Notes: generated by a model from the letters alone, not told the origin. 64,000 bases of DNA from Candidatus Nanohalarchaeota archaeon (GCA_017610385.1 JAFCCC010000003.1:5919-69918); one strand, 5' to 3'. Positions 20,274-29,868 are shown, counted from the stretch's first letter. Translations and numbers: made by a program.

Positions 20274-20305
20274 TAAGCTTTTTAGATAAAAGCCCAAGCG
20301 AAAAG
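20274..20305 (+). repeat. tRNA-trailer palindromic module (copy A)
   Basis: TAAGCTTTTTAGATAAAAGCCCAAGCGAAAAG; homologous to 21097-21121 and to the reverse complement of 35966-35994. Confidence 0.65.
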
Positions 20306-20388
20306 GAGTCTCACTCGTTTGAGTTTATTAAATAAGTTAATTTGAATTTAGGGATATATTCAGGTCCTTGCATAAGCAGGTAATTGAA

Positions 20389-21021
20389 ATGAAAATTTTT
20401 GCGGTAGGAGATCTTCATGATCAGGAAAAAGTAGAAAAAGGAATTTTAAAGGAGTTAGAGACTGGTGACTATGAGCTTTTTATTGGTTTAGGGGATTATA
20501 CAAAGAAAAAGTATTTTGAAGACCTAATGAAAAAAATTAAAATCCAAAAAGCTTGTTTAACTGGTAATTGGGATTTTAATTTTAAAATGCCGGAAAATGG
20601 ATCTATTCCAAATTTGTTTAATTTTGTGAAAGTTAATTTAAAAGCAAAAGACGGAGAATACAAAATAGTTTTATTAGGAGCACAAATTCCACCGGATTTC
20701 CAAAAGGACATTAAGGACTGGTTAGATGATTTTGATCGCTCTAAATTAATTATTTGTTCACATTATCCTCCCTATTTATTAAGAGATCTTGCTGAGAATG
20801 GAGATCATGCTGGCATTAAAGAATTTCGGGACACTATCCTAAGATTAAAGCCTGCATTGTGGTTGTGTGGACATATCCATGAAGCTTCTGGATTCACTAA
20901 ATTTTTGAGAACAACAATATTAAATGCTTCAGCATGTGATATAAATTATAAGCCAATTCGAGCAGGATATTCCATTGATATAAGTGAGAATGGCATTACG
21001 ATTCAGGAGATTAAACTTTAG
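20389..21021 (+). CDS. Icc-like metallophosphoesterase
   Basis: DLH, GDY, GNWD, HYPP and GHIHE motifs. Confidence 0.9.
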   Translation: MKIFAVGDLHDQEKVEKGILKELETGDYELFIGLGDYTKKKYFEDLMKKIKIQKACLTGNWDFNFKMPENGSIPNLFNFVKVNLKAKDGEYKIVLLGAQIPPDFQKDIKDWLDDFDRSKLIICSHYPPYLLRDLAENGDHAGIKEFRDTILRLKPALWLCGHIHEASGFTKFLRTTILNASACDINYKPIRAGYSIDISENGITIQEIKL

Positions 21022-21094
21022 GGCCTGTAGATCAGTCTGGTAGATCGCTACCTCGGCATGGTAGAGGCCTCGGGTTCGAATCCCGACAGGTCCA
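21021..21094 (+). tRNA. tRNA-Ala(GGC), intronless
   Basis: full cloverleaf with G3-U70; anticodon loop TC GGC AT. Confidence 0.93.
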
Positions 21095-21096
21095 TT

Positions 21097-21178
21097 TGAG
21101 CTTTCACAAAGCTCAAGCAAACAGCGAGTTACGAGTGTAACTCACTAAGCCTTTTTAATAAAAGACGTAAGCCAAAAG
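21097..21178 (+). repeat. tRNA-trailer array of palindromic modules (B, spacer hairpin, C)
   Basis: TGAGCTTTCACAAAGCTCAAGCAAAA, then CAGCGAGTTA..TAACTCACT, then TAAGCCTTTTTAATAAAAGACGTAAGCCAAAAG. Confidence 0.65.
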
Positions 21179-21212
21179 AATAACTAGTTAACTTTACTTA
21201 ACTCATTTCACA

Positions 21213-21437
21213 ATGATCATCATGTCAGAGGATATTTTTGATGAAGTAATGAAAGAATTTGAACAGGAAATAGAATGGAAAAAAGAGAAAAAACCATTAA
21301 ATGTTGAATTTACACCTGTTGAAACGGACGGTGATGAGGAGAACAAGTTTCATAAGCACAATCTAATCTTAGCTAAGGTTAATATAATCAAAAAGCAACT
21401 CAATGAATTAAGAGAGCTTTTAAGCGCTGTTAAATAA
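21213..21437 (+). CDS. small hypothetical protein (acidic N-terminus, coiled-coil C-terminus)
   Basis: 74-aa ORF with plausible composition. Confidence 0.6.
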   Translation: MIIMSEDIFDEVMKEFEQEIEWKKEKKPLNVEFTPVETDGDEENKFHKHNLILAKVNIIKKQLNELRELLSAVK

Positions 21438-21477
21438 CACTTTAATAACGCTTAAACGAATCAGAATAAATTCTCAA

Positions 21478-22983
21478 TTAAATAAACGCTTCTGTGTCTT
21501 TGTTCAAATTCGCTTTTTTCTGGGCGTAGTCTTTAGCGACCTGTTCTAGATTTCTACCGGTTTCAAATTCTTTAGAACGCCGTTTTCTTACAGAAACGAA
21601 GATTGGATTTGTTACGGCCTCTCCAACAACAATACAATCTCCAACCCGTAATCCTGGAATGCTTTTTCGTACATCCGCGGTTATGCCTTCAGAACTTTCT
21701 TCTATATGTTTTAAATCATAGGGATTTGTTACTCTCAAAAAAATGTGTGTATTACATTGAGAAAGCGCGGTTGTTGATAATCCTGCAGGTCTTTGAGAAA
21801 TCAACCCCAAACACGCTCCGAATTTCCTTCCTTCTCTTGCAATTTTTATTATAATCCCTCTACTTATTGCAGAAGCTCTATTGATTCCTTCTGGGGCAAA
21901 ATTATGCGCTTCTTCCACAAGCACAAAAAACGGAGGTATTTTATTTTTTTGACGTGCTCTAAATAGCCTTTTCATGAATTGATCCACTATAATTTGTTTT
22001 TTAGTTTGATCTGTAGTATTTGATAAATCTAAAACAATCATCTTGCCTGCTTCAATTTTTTCCAAAGACGGATTGTCATATTTTCCAAATAAATAAAGCC
22101 TTTGTAATCTATCAAGTTTGTCTAAGAGGATTTCTTTTGTTTTTGTGTTAATATTAGAATCCATTAATTTATTTTCAATATCCTTTAAACCAAATGGTCC
22201 AGAATTCTCCTTGCTGTTGTGCTTTAGTTCATTTAAAATTCTTCCTAATTCTCTTTTTTGAGCTGGTTTCAAATCTGGAAAAATATGTTCAAATTCCTGG
22301 GCACTTAATTCCATAGCACTTAATTTGATATCTCTTGCAGAATAAACTAAGATTTTATTCATATATTTTTCATCTTTTGCAAAACCAGAATACTCTCCAT
22401 GTGGATCTATCGCAATTATCGCAATTTGCCCTTTTTCTGGTTCCCGGTCTAGTAATTCCTCTAATAAAACAGATGCAAGATATGATTTGCCTGCACCAGA
22501 TTTCGCCAAAATTGCAATGTGTTTTTGTAAAGTTTTTGTTAAATTTAAAACAGCTTCTAATTTGTGGTGTTGTAATGTACCAATATTTAATCCGTAGGCC
22601 GGATCTAAACCCAAAAATTTAGATAATCTTTGCGGTTCCGCCATATAAATTTTAGTTCCTGGAGATGGCGGAAAGCAAGATCTTCTTTGAATTTTATTAT
22701 CATAAATTCCTAAGATTATGCCATCACCTACTAAATATTCCCAATCTTGAGTTGGGAATAAATTTTCCATTGTTAACCCGCTTTTTTCATATTCATTGAC
22801 GCTCTCTGCTTGCATAAAATACCTGTTTGTTTTCGTAATTTCAGAAACACGCGCAATTGCCTTTCCTTCTTCTGTATCAAACTCAACAAATTGATCTTTT
22901 CGAATTGGACCTCTTATAATAAATTTAAATCTGTCTGTCGTAGGACTATCAAATGTAGAAATTATTGTTCCAACTTCTTCCAT
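21478..22983 (-). CDS. HerA/FtsK-superfamily ATPase (HAS barrel + DUF87)
   Basis: HIAILAKSGAGKS, IDPHGEY, VEEAHNF, AREGRKFG, SQRP. Confidence 0.92.
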   Translation of the reverse strand: MEEVGTIISTFDSPTTDRFKFIIRGPIRKDQFVEFDTEEGKAIARVSEITKTNRYFMQAESVNEYEKSGLTMENLFPTQDWEYLVGDGIILGIYDNKIQRRSCFPPSPGTKIYMAEPQRLSKFLGLDPAYGLNIGTLQHHKLEAVLNLTKTLQKHIAILAKSGAGKSYLASVLLEELLDREPEKGQIAIIAIDPHGEYSGFAKDEKYMNKILVYSARDIKLSAMELSAQEFEHIFPDLKPAQKRELGRILNELKHNSKENSGPFGLKDIENKLMDSNINTKTKEILLDKLDRLQRLYLFGKYDNPSLEKIEAGKMIVLDLSNTTDQTKKQIIVDQFMKRLFRARQKNKIPPFFVLVEEAHNFAPEGINRASAISRGIIIKIAREGRKFGACLGLISQRPAGLSTTALSQCNTHIFLRVTNPYDLKHIEESSEGITADVRKSIPGLRVGDCIVVGEAVTNPIFVSVRKRRSKEFETGRNLEQVAKDYAQKKANLNKDTEAFI

Positions 22984-23167
22984 ACTTTTCAATTGTTGAA
23001 AAAAGTTAAATAAACAACGAATATGCATTACAAAACCGAAAATGCACTACGTAAAAACTACGCATTACACTTAAATTCGGAAAAAGCTTATAAACCTTGT
23101 CCTTATAGCCGAAATCTTTTTATATTATGCGTTTAATTTTGAATTAAACTCACAGAGATGATTTTAT

Positions 23168-23398
23168 ATGAGTGTTAAACAAGAGATTACTAACCTTCAA
23201 AAAGGGTTTTTGAACGCCTACATTGATGAAGCAACTTCTATGGACAAATTAAAAGAACTTTTCGAAGATTTAATCGAAGACTATGAGGTAGAAGATATTC
23301 AAGCACTTTTAACTGGTATGAAATTGGATCCAGAGTTCAAAGATGTGGTACTTCATGCTTTTGAAGAATTTGAGGAAACTTTAGCAATTGTAATGTAA
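23168..23398 (+). CDS. small acidic hypothetical protein
   Basis: 76-aa ORF with BRE/TATA upstream. Confidence 0.6.
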   Translation: MSVKQEITNLQKGFLNAYIDEATSMDKLKELFEDLIEDYEVEDIQALLTGMKLDPEFKDVVLHAFEEFEETLAIVM

Positions 23399-23446
23399 TT
23401 GGTTGCTGAACTTATTACTCATTTAGAAGTTACCTTTCTCCTGCAA

Positions 23447-24040
23447 TTAAGAATCAAGCGCTAATAATGTTTTATATGCTTCTTCAATATTTTCTTTTGC
23501 ATTTTCTATAACAACATCATCATGTCCTGGATATATGGTGCTTATATCCAGTTTTCTTAATTTTCTGATTGATTCTATAAGATCCACCCGTGATCCTCCG
23601 TTCAAATCGAAACGACCGAAATTTCCATTTGAAAAGATAGTATCTCCTGAAAACAAGATTTTACTTTTTCTATCATAAAGACAGATTCCTCCTGAAGTGT
23701 GACCTGGCGTAGGTATTACTTCCAAATATTCAAAATCACCTAGTTGAATTCGATTCCCAATTTTTTCAGCAGGGAAACGTAATGAGGATAAATCTAGTTC
23801 GTGAATATAGACTGGGCATTCGTATTTCTGGCTCAATTTATATGCTCCACCAGCATGATCTGGGTGATTGTGCGTTAGAACAATTGCAGATAATCTGCCT
23901 GTGATTTTGTCTATTTCCGATATAATTTTGTGCCCGGATTTATAGCCTGAATCTATTAATACAGGATTTTCTGCTTCAATCAAGTATATATTAGTCTTCA
24001 TTCCAAAGAAAGTGCGATCCACTATCTTGTGAATTTTCAT
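23447..24040 (-). CDS. MBL-fold hydrolase (glyoxalase II-like)
   Basis: THNHPDH, TPGHT, FSGD, YPGH. Confidence 0.92.
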   Translation of the reverse strand: MKIHKIVDRTFFGMKTNIYLIEAENPVLIDSGYKSGHKIISEIDKITGRLSAIVLTHNHPDHAGGAYKLSQKYECPVYIHELDLSSLRFPAEKIGNRIQLGDFEYLEVIPTPGHTSGGICLYDRKSKILFSGDTIFSNGNFGRFDLNGGSRVDLIESIRKLRKLDISTIYPGHDDVVIENAKENIEEAYKTLLALDS

Positions 24041-24163
24041 ATCATTGTTTTGATTTTATAAGATAAATATGCTATGAGATATTATCTAAAAATCCAGATT
24101 TTTACTGAATTTACATATTAATTTTTATTTAACCGCACTTTGACCGAAACATTTATATAGTTA

Positions 24164-24207
24164 TTATGAATATATATGCAGTATCTGTTATGAATAAAAA
24201 TTCATAA
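24164..24207 (+). promoter_or_regulatory. tandem palindromic operators downstream of TATA box
   Basis: TTATGAAT-AAAA-ATTCATAA at 24188-24207, degenerate copy at 24164-24183; BRE/TATA CCGAAACATTTATATA at about 24144-24159. Confidence 0.6.
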
Positions 24208-24225
24208 TAGTTGAGGTGAATAAGA

Positions 24226-24537
24226 ATGCCAAGAGGCGATCGGACAGGACCAGATGGATTTGGTTCAAGAACAGGAAGAGGATTAGGTTACTGCTCAGGA
24301 TATAATAGTCCTGGGTTTACAAGAGGAACTCCTAGAGGTGGAGGATTTTTTGGAGGTCGAGGCCGAAATTTTGGTCAAGGGCGCGGTTTTGGGTTTCAGA
24401 GAAATTTGAGTCCACAAACCGTCTATGATCCCCTGACTCTAACAAAAGAAGAACAGAAGAAAATTCTTCAAGAAGATAAGAAAGAATTAGAAGAAGAATT
24501 AAAAAGAATAGATGATAAACTTAAAGAGTTAAAGTAG
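24226..24537 (+). CDS. DUF5320-family Gly/Arg-rich protein
   Basis: MPRGDRTGP.G.G.RTGRGLGYC and C-terminal coiled coil. Confidence 0.88.
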   Translation: MPRGDRTGPDGFGSRTGRGLGYCSGYNSPGFTRGTPRGGGFFGGRGRNFGQGRGFGFQRNLSPQTVYDPLTLTKEEQKKILQEDKKELEEELKRIDDKLKELK

Positions 24538-24547
24538 GAGGTATAAA

Positions 24548-24856
24548 ATGCCAAGACCAAGAAGGTGCAGGAGGGTGTGGGGAGAACCCCGATTTAATAC
24601 ATTTAAACCCTCCGGAATTCCTTCTAATATGTTAGAACAAGTAATTTTAACAGTAAATGAGTACGAAGCAATTAGATTAAAAGATCTTGAAAACTTAGAT
24701 CAAGAAAGAGCTGCTGAAAAGATGAATATTTCTCAGCCAACCTTTCACAGGCTTTTAACTTCTGCGCGTAAGAAAATTACAGAGGCCATTGTCAACGGAA
24801 AGTCAATTAGAATTGAGGGCGGAAATTATGAAATTCAAAAAAGAAAATTAATATGA
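24548..24856 (+). CDS. DUF134-family HTH DNA-binding protein
   Basis: MPRPRRCRRV, EYEAIRLKD, AAEKMNISQPTFHR. Confidence 0.92.
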   Translation: MPRPRRCRRVWGEPRFNTFKPSGIPSNMLEQVILTVNEYEAIRLKDLENLDQERAAEKMNISQPTFHRLLTSARKKITEAIVNGKSIRIEGGNYEIQKRKLI

Positions 24857-24907
24857 ATTTTATATTTATTTTGCCTATGTGTAATGCTTTTGGAATTACT
24901 AGAAAAG

Positions 24908-25261
24908 TTATCTGCTTAGAACTATTTTATATGTTAAGTCAGTTTCATCTCCTGTAAGATATGGCAATATTCTTCCAGCAACTTCGGTGCCGTAGTGTAT
25001 AGAACCAGGATAGCGAGGTAGATTAAAATAACCATTTAAAATATCTTCTAATTCGTTAGGAGAGTTTGGAACCCCATTTTCCTCAAGATACTCTGCAATC
25101 TTTAAACAAGTTTCTTCAAAGCCAGGTCTAACTATTGTTAGTGATTTAAGACTTAACCACAAGGTTCGGGCGACGTCATTTTCAAATACTTCTCTGATAT
25201 TTTCATCAGCACCTTTAGGATCAAAAGCTAAAGGAACTGGATTTGGAATGCCTAATCTCAT
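24908..25261 (-). CDS. hypothetical protein (orphan)
   Basis: 117-aa ORF. Confidence 0.6.
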   Translation of the reverse strand: MRLGIPNPVPLAFDPKGADENIREVFENDVARTLWLSLKSLTIVRPGFEETCLKIAEYLEENGVPNSPNELEDILNGYFNLPRYPGSIHYGTEVAGRILPYLTGDETDLTYKIVLSR

Positions 25262-25477
25262 TTTTGGTCACAAAGCAATTATGTTCTTAAAATTATTTAA
25301 CTTCGCGTAGTGGTTGTTAAGTATTTACTCTAAATTTATAAAATTTCATTATAAATAAAAAACATGATAATTATAAATGCGGATTGCATTTCTAATTGAT
25401 AATACACATTTTTTATAGTTTCAACTGTTTTCTAAAAACCCATTTAAAATAATGCGTTCAATTAAATTGTGGAAGTT

Positions 25478-26944
25478 ATGAAAAAAACTGTAAAAGAATT
25501 CAAAATTAGCAAAGAGAAAAATTTTAATGATTGGTTTAATTCAGTTGTTAAACGATCAGATTTAGTAGATCAAGATTATGGTGCAAAAGGCTTCGTAGTT
25601 AAAAAACCAATGACCATGATGATTGTTGAGACGATTAGGAATATGTATGAAGCAGAATACAAAAATACAGGACATTTGCCAGTTCATTTTCCTACAGTGG
25701 TTCCTGAAAAGAATTTTGAAAAAGAGAAAGACCATGTAGAAGGATTTGCTCCAAATGTATTTTGGGTTACAGAAGCTGGTGCAGAAGGTAAAAAATTAGA
25801 GGAACGATTAGCTTTGAAACCAACTGGTGAAACTGCTATTTATCCATCTTATTCAAAATGGGTTCGTTCTTATCGAGATTTACCTATTAAATACTATCAA
25901 TTTGGTACTGTTTTTAGATATGAAACAAAGGCGACTAAGCCATATATGCGAGAACGTGAATTTCTTTGGTTTGAGTCTCACAACGTTTATGAAACCAAAA
26001 AAGAAATGAAAGCTCAAATTAAAGAGGATCTTAAAATTACAGAAAAGATTGTTCATCAAAAGTTAGGTGTGCCGTTTTTGTATGTTAAAAGACCACAATG
26101 GGATAAATTTCCTGGCGCAGATAACACGTATGTTGCTGATGTTCCTTTAGTTAATGGGCACGTTGTACAAATTGCTTCTACTCATGAATTAGGACAAGGA
26201 TTTGCCAAAGCTTTTGATATAAAATTTACAGATAAAAACGAGAAAGTTAAATACGCTTGGCAAACATGTTATGGTCCTGGAATTGCTCGGATGGTGGCTT
26301 CCTTAGTTTGTGTTCATGGAGATGATAAGGGGTTAGTTTTACCTTTTGAGGTGGCTGCCACACAAATTGTTATAATTCCTATTTTGTTCGGAAAAAATAA
26401 TGAAAAAGTTTTGAAGAAAGGTATAGAATTAAAGAAAAAATTAAAGAAATTTAGAACAGTTTTTGATAATTCTGATGCATCTCCAGGAGAAAAATACAAT
26501 GAATGGGAATTAAAAGGAGTTCCAATTAGAATTGAGATTGGTCCAAGAGAGGTTGAAAACAAAGAATTAACATTAGTTCGCAGGGATACAAAAGAAAAAA
26601 TTAAAATTAAAGAAAAAGATCTTCTGATTGAAATTAATAAATTAAAAAAAGATATTTTACAAAATATTAAAAAGACCGCAGAAAAATTGATGGAATCCAA
26701 GATTGTAACTGCGGAAAATTACAAAGATATTGTTAAAAAACTCAAAGAAGGTAAAATTGTCAAAGCACCATTTTGTTCAACTGATTTCGAAGGAGAAGAT
26801 TGTGCAGACAAAATTAAAGAAGATAGTTCCGCGTTAGTTCGAGGAACCGCATTAAACGTAAAAGACAAATTAAATAAAAATTCTAAGTGTATTGTTTGCG
26901 GTAGGCCAGCAAAGGAATTGGTTTATATTGCAAAGGATTACTAG
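25478..26944 (+). CDS. proS: prolyl-tRNA synthetase (archaeal/eukaryotic type)
   Basis: HVEGFAP, LKPTGET, FRYETK, REREFLW, C-terminal AKDY. Confidence 0.96.
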   Translation: MKKTVKEFKISKEKNFNDWFNSVVKRSDLVDQDYGAKGFVVKKPMTMMIVETIRNMYEAEYKNTGHLPVHFPTVVPEKNFEKEKDHVEGFAPNVFWVTEAGAEGKKLEERLALKPTGETAIYPSYSKWVRSYRDLPIKYYQFGTVFRYETKATKPYMREREFLWFESHNVYETKKEMKAQIKEDLKITEKIVHQKLGVPFLYVKRPQWDKFPGADNTYVADVPLVNGHVVQIASTHELGQGFAKAFDIKFTDKNEKVKYAWQTCYGPGIARMVASLVCVHGDDKGLVLPFEVAATQIVIIPILFGKNNEKVLKKGIELKKKLKKFRTVFDNSDASPGEKYNEWELKGVPIRIEIGPREVENKELTLVRRDTKEKIKIKEKDLLIEINKLKKDILQNIKKTAEKLMESKIVTAENYKDIVKKLKEGKIVKAPFCSTDFEGEDCADKIKEDSSALVRGTALNVKDKLNKNSKCIVCGRPAKELVYIAKDY

Positions 26945-27125
26945 GGTACTTCTAATTTATTTAGAAATAGCCCTATAAAATCTAAGATAAATTTTATTTA
27001 AACATAAGAATTATTTTTTAAAACTGTAAATCTGTTTAATAAAGAAAAAGATCATATTAAAAAAACACGATTGAAACTAACTACTAACTCTCTATTTTAA
27101 AAGAATAATCTATTAAATAAGATAT

Positions 27126-27662
27126 ATGAAAAACGCAATAAATGTTTCAGAAGGAATAATGACAGAAAATTACAAACGTTTTGCATCAATAATATTTATT
27201 ATAATTACCTTTATTTTTTTAGTGACCTTTGTCTCCTTTTATATAAAAGAATATTCTCCGGGTTTTTGCTATTGTGGCCTACCTTTGTGGGTTATTGTAC
27301 TTGTTATTTCTTCCTCAGGACTTTTTATCGGAGGATTTGTTTACTATCTATTCAATAAAGATCACATCAAAGAAAAAAATAAGATCGTAAAAGGAATAAA
27401 AAAGACATTATGTTTTCTAGAAAGAGAGGAAAAAAACATTATTACAGCCCTAATTGAGCATTCTGGAGAAATAACCCAAAAAAATCTTTCTGATCAAACT
27501 GGTTTTAATAAAGTGAAAATATCACGAGTGATCAACAAACTTGAGGTTAAGGGATTAATCAAAAAAATGAAATACGGAATGACTAATAAGATTGTTTTAA
27601 ATGAAGACTTGAAAAATTTATTTGAGAAAGTGACTGTTTCAAAATCTGAAACCAATGTTTAA
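27126..27662 (+). CDS. membrane-anchored wHTH (MarR-like) regulator
   Basis: two TM helices around CYCG; C-terminal ITQKNL..KVKISRVINKLE.KGLI..K.GMTNKI. Confidence 0.8.
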   Translation: MKNAINVSEGIMTENYKRFASIIFIIITFIFLVTFVSFYIKEYSPGFCYCGLPLWVIVLVISSSGLFIGGFVYYLFNKDHIKEKNKIVKGIKKTLCFLEREEKNIITALIEHSGEITQKNLSDQTGFNKVKISRVINKLEVKGLIKKMKYGMTNKIVLNEDLKNLFEKVTVSKSETNV

Positions 27663-27694
27663 AAGGAGTTTCATACAAAAAACAAGTATGAAAT
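27636..27694 (+). promoter_or_regulatory. two inverted repeats flanking a TATA-like box
   Basis: GTTTCA-N5-TGAAAC (27636-27652) and GTTTCATAC-N9-GTATGAAAT (27668-27694) around TTTAAAAG. Confidence 0.45.
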
Positions 27695-27744
27695 TTAAAC
27701 AAAATCAAAATAGAAGTTCGTATAAGAGAACAAGGTGTCAGTAT

Positions 27745-28296
27745 ATGAAAATAGTATTCTTGAGTGCAGTATTATTATTAGCAATTATTTCATTTACTTT
27801 GCCAAAAGTTTCTGCATTGGAAAATGAAAGCAAAGTAATATTGTATCTTTTTTGGGGAAACGGATGCCCTCACTGCGCGCAGATGGATCGTTTTTTGAAT
27901 GGCCTAGAAGAAAAATACCCCGTATTTGAGGTTAAAAAATTTGAAGTCTATTCTAACCAGACAAACAGGGAATTATTTGAGAGCATTGCTAAAGCACATC
28001 ATTCAAAAATTCAAGGAGTTCCAACCGCGTTTATTGATAAAAAAATTTTTGTAGGATATAGTAATGAGATCGGAATTGAATTAGAAAATAGAGTTATAGA
28101 CTGTATAAAAAATGGTTGTGTTTCTCCACAAGAGATTTCAAATGACAATGAAAGTGCGAGTGGAAATATAAGTAGTTTTTCTTCGTATGAAAATACAAAA
28201 TCTGGGTTAACTATCTTTATTGTTATGGTCGTTTTATTTGTAAGTTTAATAGTGTCACTAGGTTTCTTAAAAAAAATAAGGGGCATTAAAAAATGA
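27745..28296 (+). CDS. secreted, C-terminally anchored thioredoxin/glutaredoxin-like protein
   Basis: signal peptide, CPHC, GVPT cis-Pro loop, C-terminal TM. Confidence 0.85.
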   Translation: MKIVFLSAVLLLAIISFTLPKVSALENESKVILYLFWGNGCPHCAQMDRFLNGLEEKYPVFEVKKFEVYSNQTNRELFESIAKAHHSKIQGVPTAFIDKKIFVGYSNEIGIELENRVIDCIKNGCVSPQEISNDNESASGNISSFSSYENTKSGLTIFIVMVVLFVSLIVSLGFLKKIRGIKK

Positions 28297-28994
28297 TCGT
28301 AGGTGGTCTTACCTGGACAACGCTTATAGGCGCAGCAGCAGTTGATTCAATTAATCCTTGTACTTTAGCTATTTTATTGATGTTATTGACAACTCTAATA
28401 CTGGCTGAAAATAAGAATAAAATTTTAGGAGTTGGAATTGTATTTTCATTAGCGATATATATTTCTTATTTTCTTATGGGTTTAGGACTTTATTCTGCTG
28501 TTCAAATGGCAGGAAATTTACACATATTTTATTATTTTGTAATTGGAATCGCCATACTTGTTGGCTTGCTAAGTATCAAAGATTATTTCAATTATCAACC
28601 AGGAGTTTTGGCTGTAGAAATTCCTATGAAGTGGAGATCAACATTAAAAAGCTTAATCGGACGAGTTACGTCTATTCCGGGAGCGGCAGTAATTGGATTT
28701 TTTTGTTCTTTATTTTTAATCCCTTGTTCTTCTGGCCCATATCTCGTAATCCTTGGATTATTAGCAAAAACATCAACAAGACTTGTAGCTATGCCTTTAT
28801 TATTATTTTATAATTTTATTTTTATTTTGCCTATGCTTATAATGACGTTGTTAGTTTATTTTGGAACGACTAGTGTTGAACAAATCTCTGCATGGAGAGA
28901 AAAATACATAAAACTAATTCACTTAGTATCTGGTGTTATAATGCTTGCATTAGCAAGTCTTCTAGTTTATGCTATATGTGCAGGATGGGTTTAG
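28293..28994 (+). CDS. CcdA/DsbD-type transmembrane electron transporter
   Basis: DSINPC and PCSSGPY motifs; about 6 TM. Confidence 0.87.
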   Translation: MIVGGLTWTTLIGAAAVDSINPCTLAILLMLLTTLILAENKNKILGVGIVFSLAIYISYFLMGLGLYSAVQMAGNLHIFYYFVIGIAILVGLLSIKDYFNYQPGVLAVEIPMKWRSTLKSLIGRVTSIPGAAVIGFFCSLFLIPCSSGPYLVILGLLAKTSTRLVAMPLLLFYNFIFILPMLIMTLLVYFGTTSVEQISAWREKYIKLIHLVSGVIMLALASLLVYAICAGWV

Positions 28995-29210
28995 TGGCAT
29001 ATGGTTAAAACAATTTATAAAATAAAAATGATTGCCATTTGGATTTAACAGGATTGCTTGTAATTTATTTGTGGCTTATTGTAGGCTTAACGCAATCGCT
29101 TTGTATCATATTCTTAATAAGGTACAAAGCCGCAATCAGAGAAATCTTTTTATATATGCTACTGTAAGAAATATGTATAGATTCTATAGATCCTTTCTGA
29201 GGTTTTATAA

Positions 29211-29834
29211 ATGGAAAAAGATATGAAAAAATTTAATACAGGAACGACAACTATAGGGCTTGTCGGAAAAAATGCAGTTGTTTTGGCTGCAGATAAGCAA
29301 GCGACTATGGGATACTTGAAAGCGTCAAAAAACGCTCAAAAAATATTTCAACTAGACGAGCATATTGGACTTACTATTGCAGGTTCTGTTGGAGATGCTC
29401 AACGTTTAATTCGATGGGTTAAATCTGAATTAAAATTACGAAAGTTAGAAGTTGGAGAAATGAGTGTTAAAGGCGTTTCAACATTGTTAGCCAATGTATT
29501 GCAATCAAATAAATTTACACCCTTTTTTAATCAGTTTATAACCGCGGGAGTAGATAAAAACGGACCAGTTTTATATGATTTAGATATGGCTGGGGGATTA
29601 ATAGAGCACAGAAAATTTGTTTCAACTGGGTCTGGTTCTGTAATTGCATATGGTGTTTTAGAAGATGCATTTAGAGAAAACATGAAAAATGAAGATTTAA
29701 TATCTTTAGCAATTAGGTCCGTTAAAGCAGCTAGTCAAAGAGATGTGAATTCTGGTGAAGGTTTCAATATTTCCTTGATTACTAAAACCGGTTATAAAGC
29801 ATTATCTCCCAAAGAAATTGGAACTTATTTGTAA
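29211..29834 (+). CDS. psmB: proteasome beta subunit
   Basis: G/TTTIG propeptide site, AGSVGD, TGSGS. Confidence 0.96.
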   Translation: MEKDMKKFNTGTTTIGLVGKNAVVLAADKQATMGYLKASKNAQKIFQLDEHIGLTIAGSVGDAQRLIRWVKSELKLRKLEVGEMSVKGVSTLLANVLQSNKFTPFFNQFITAGVDKNGPVLYDLDMAGGLIEHRKFVSTGSGSVIAYGVLEDAFRENMKNEDLISLAIRSVKAASQRDVNSGEGFNISLITKTGYKALSPKEIGTYL

Positions 29835-29868
29835 CTTAATTGTAAATTGAATTCTTAAAAGGACAAAA

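Noticed and set aside
20389-22983. phosphoesterase + HerA as an Mre11/HerA repair or defence module
   Set aside because: The genes are convergent, separated by a tRNA and another ORF, and the phosphoesterase is short and Icc-like
29032-29226. 64-aa ORF and weak hairpin upstream of psmB
   Set aside because: TTG start, overlaps the psmB promoter, atypical composition; the hairpin has no second copy
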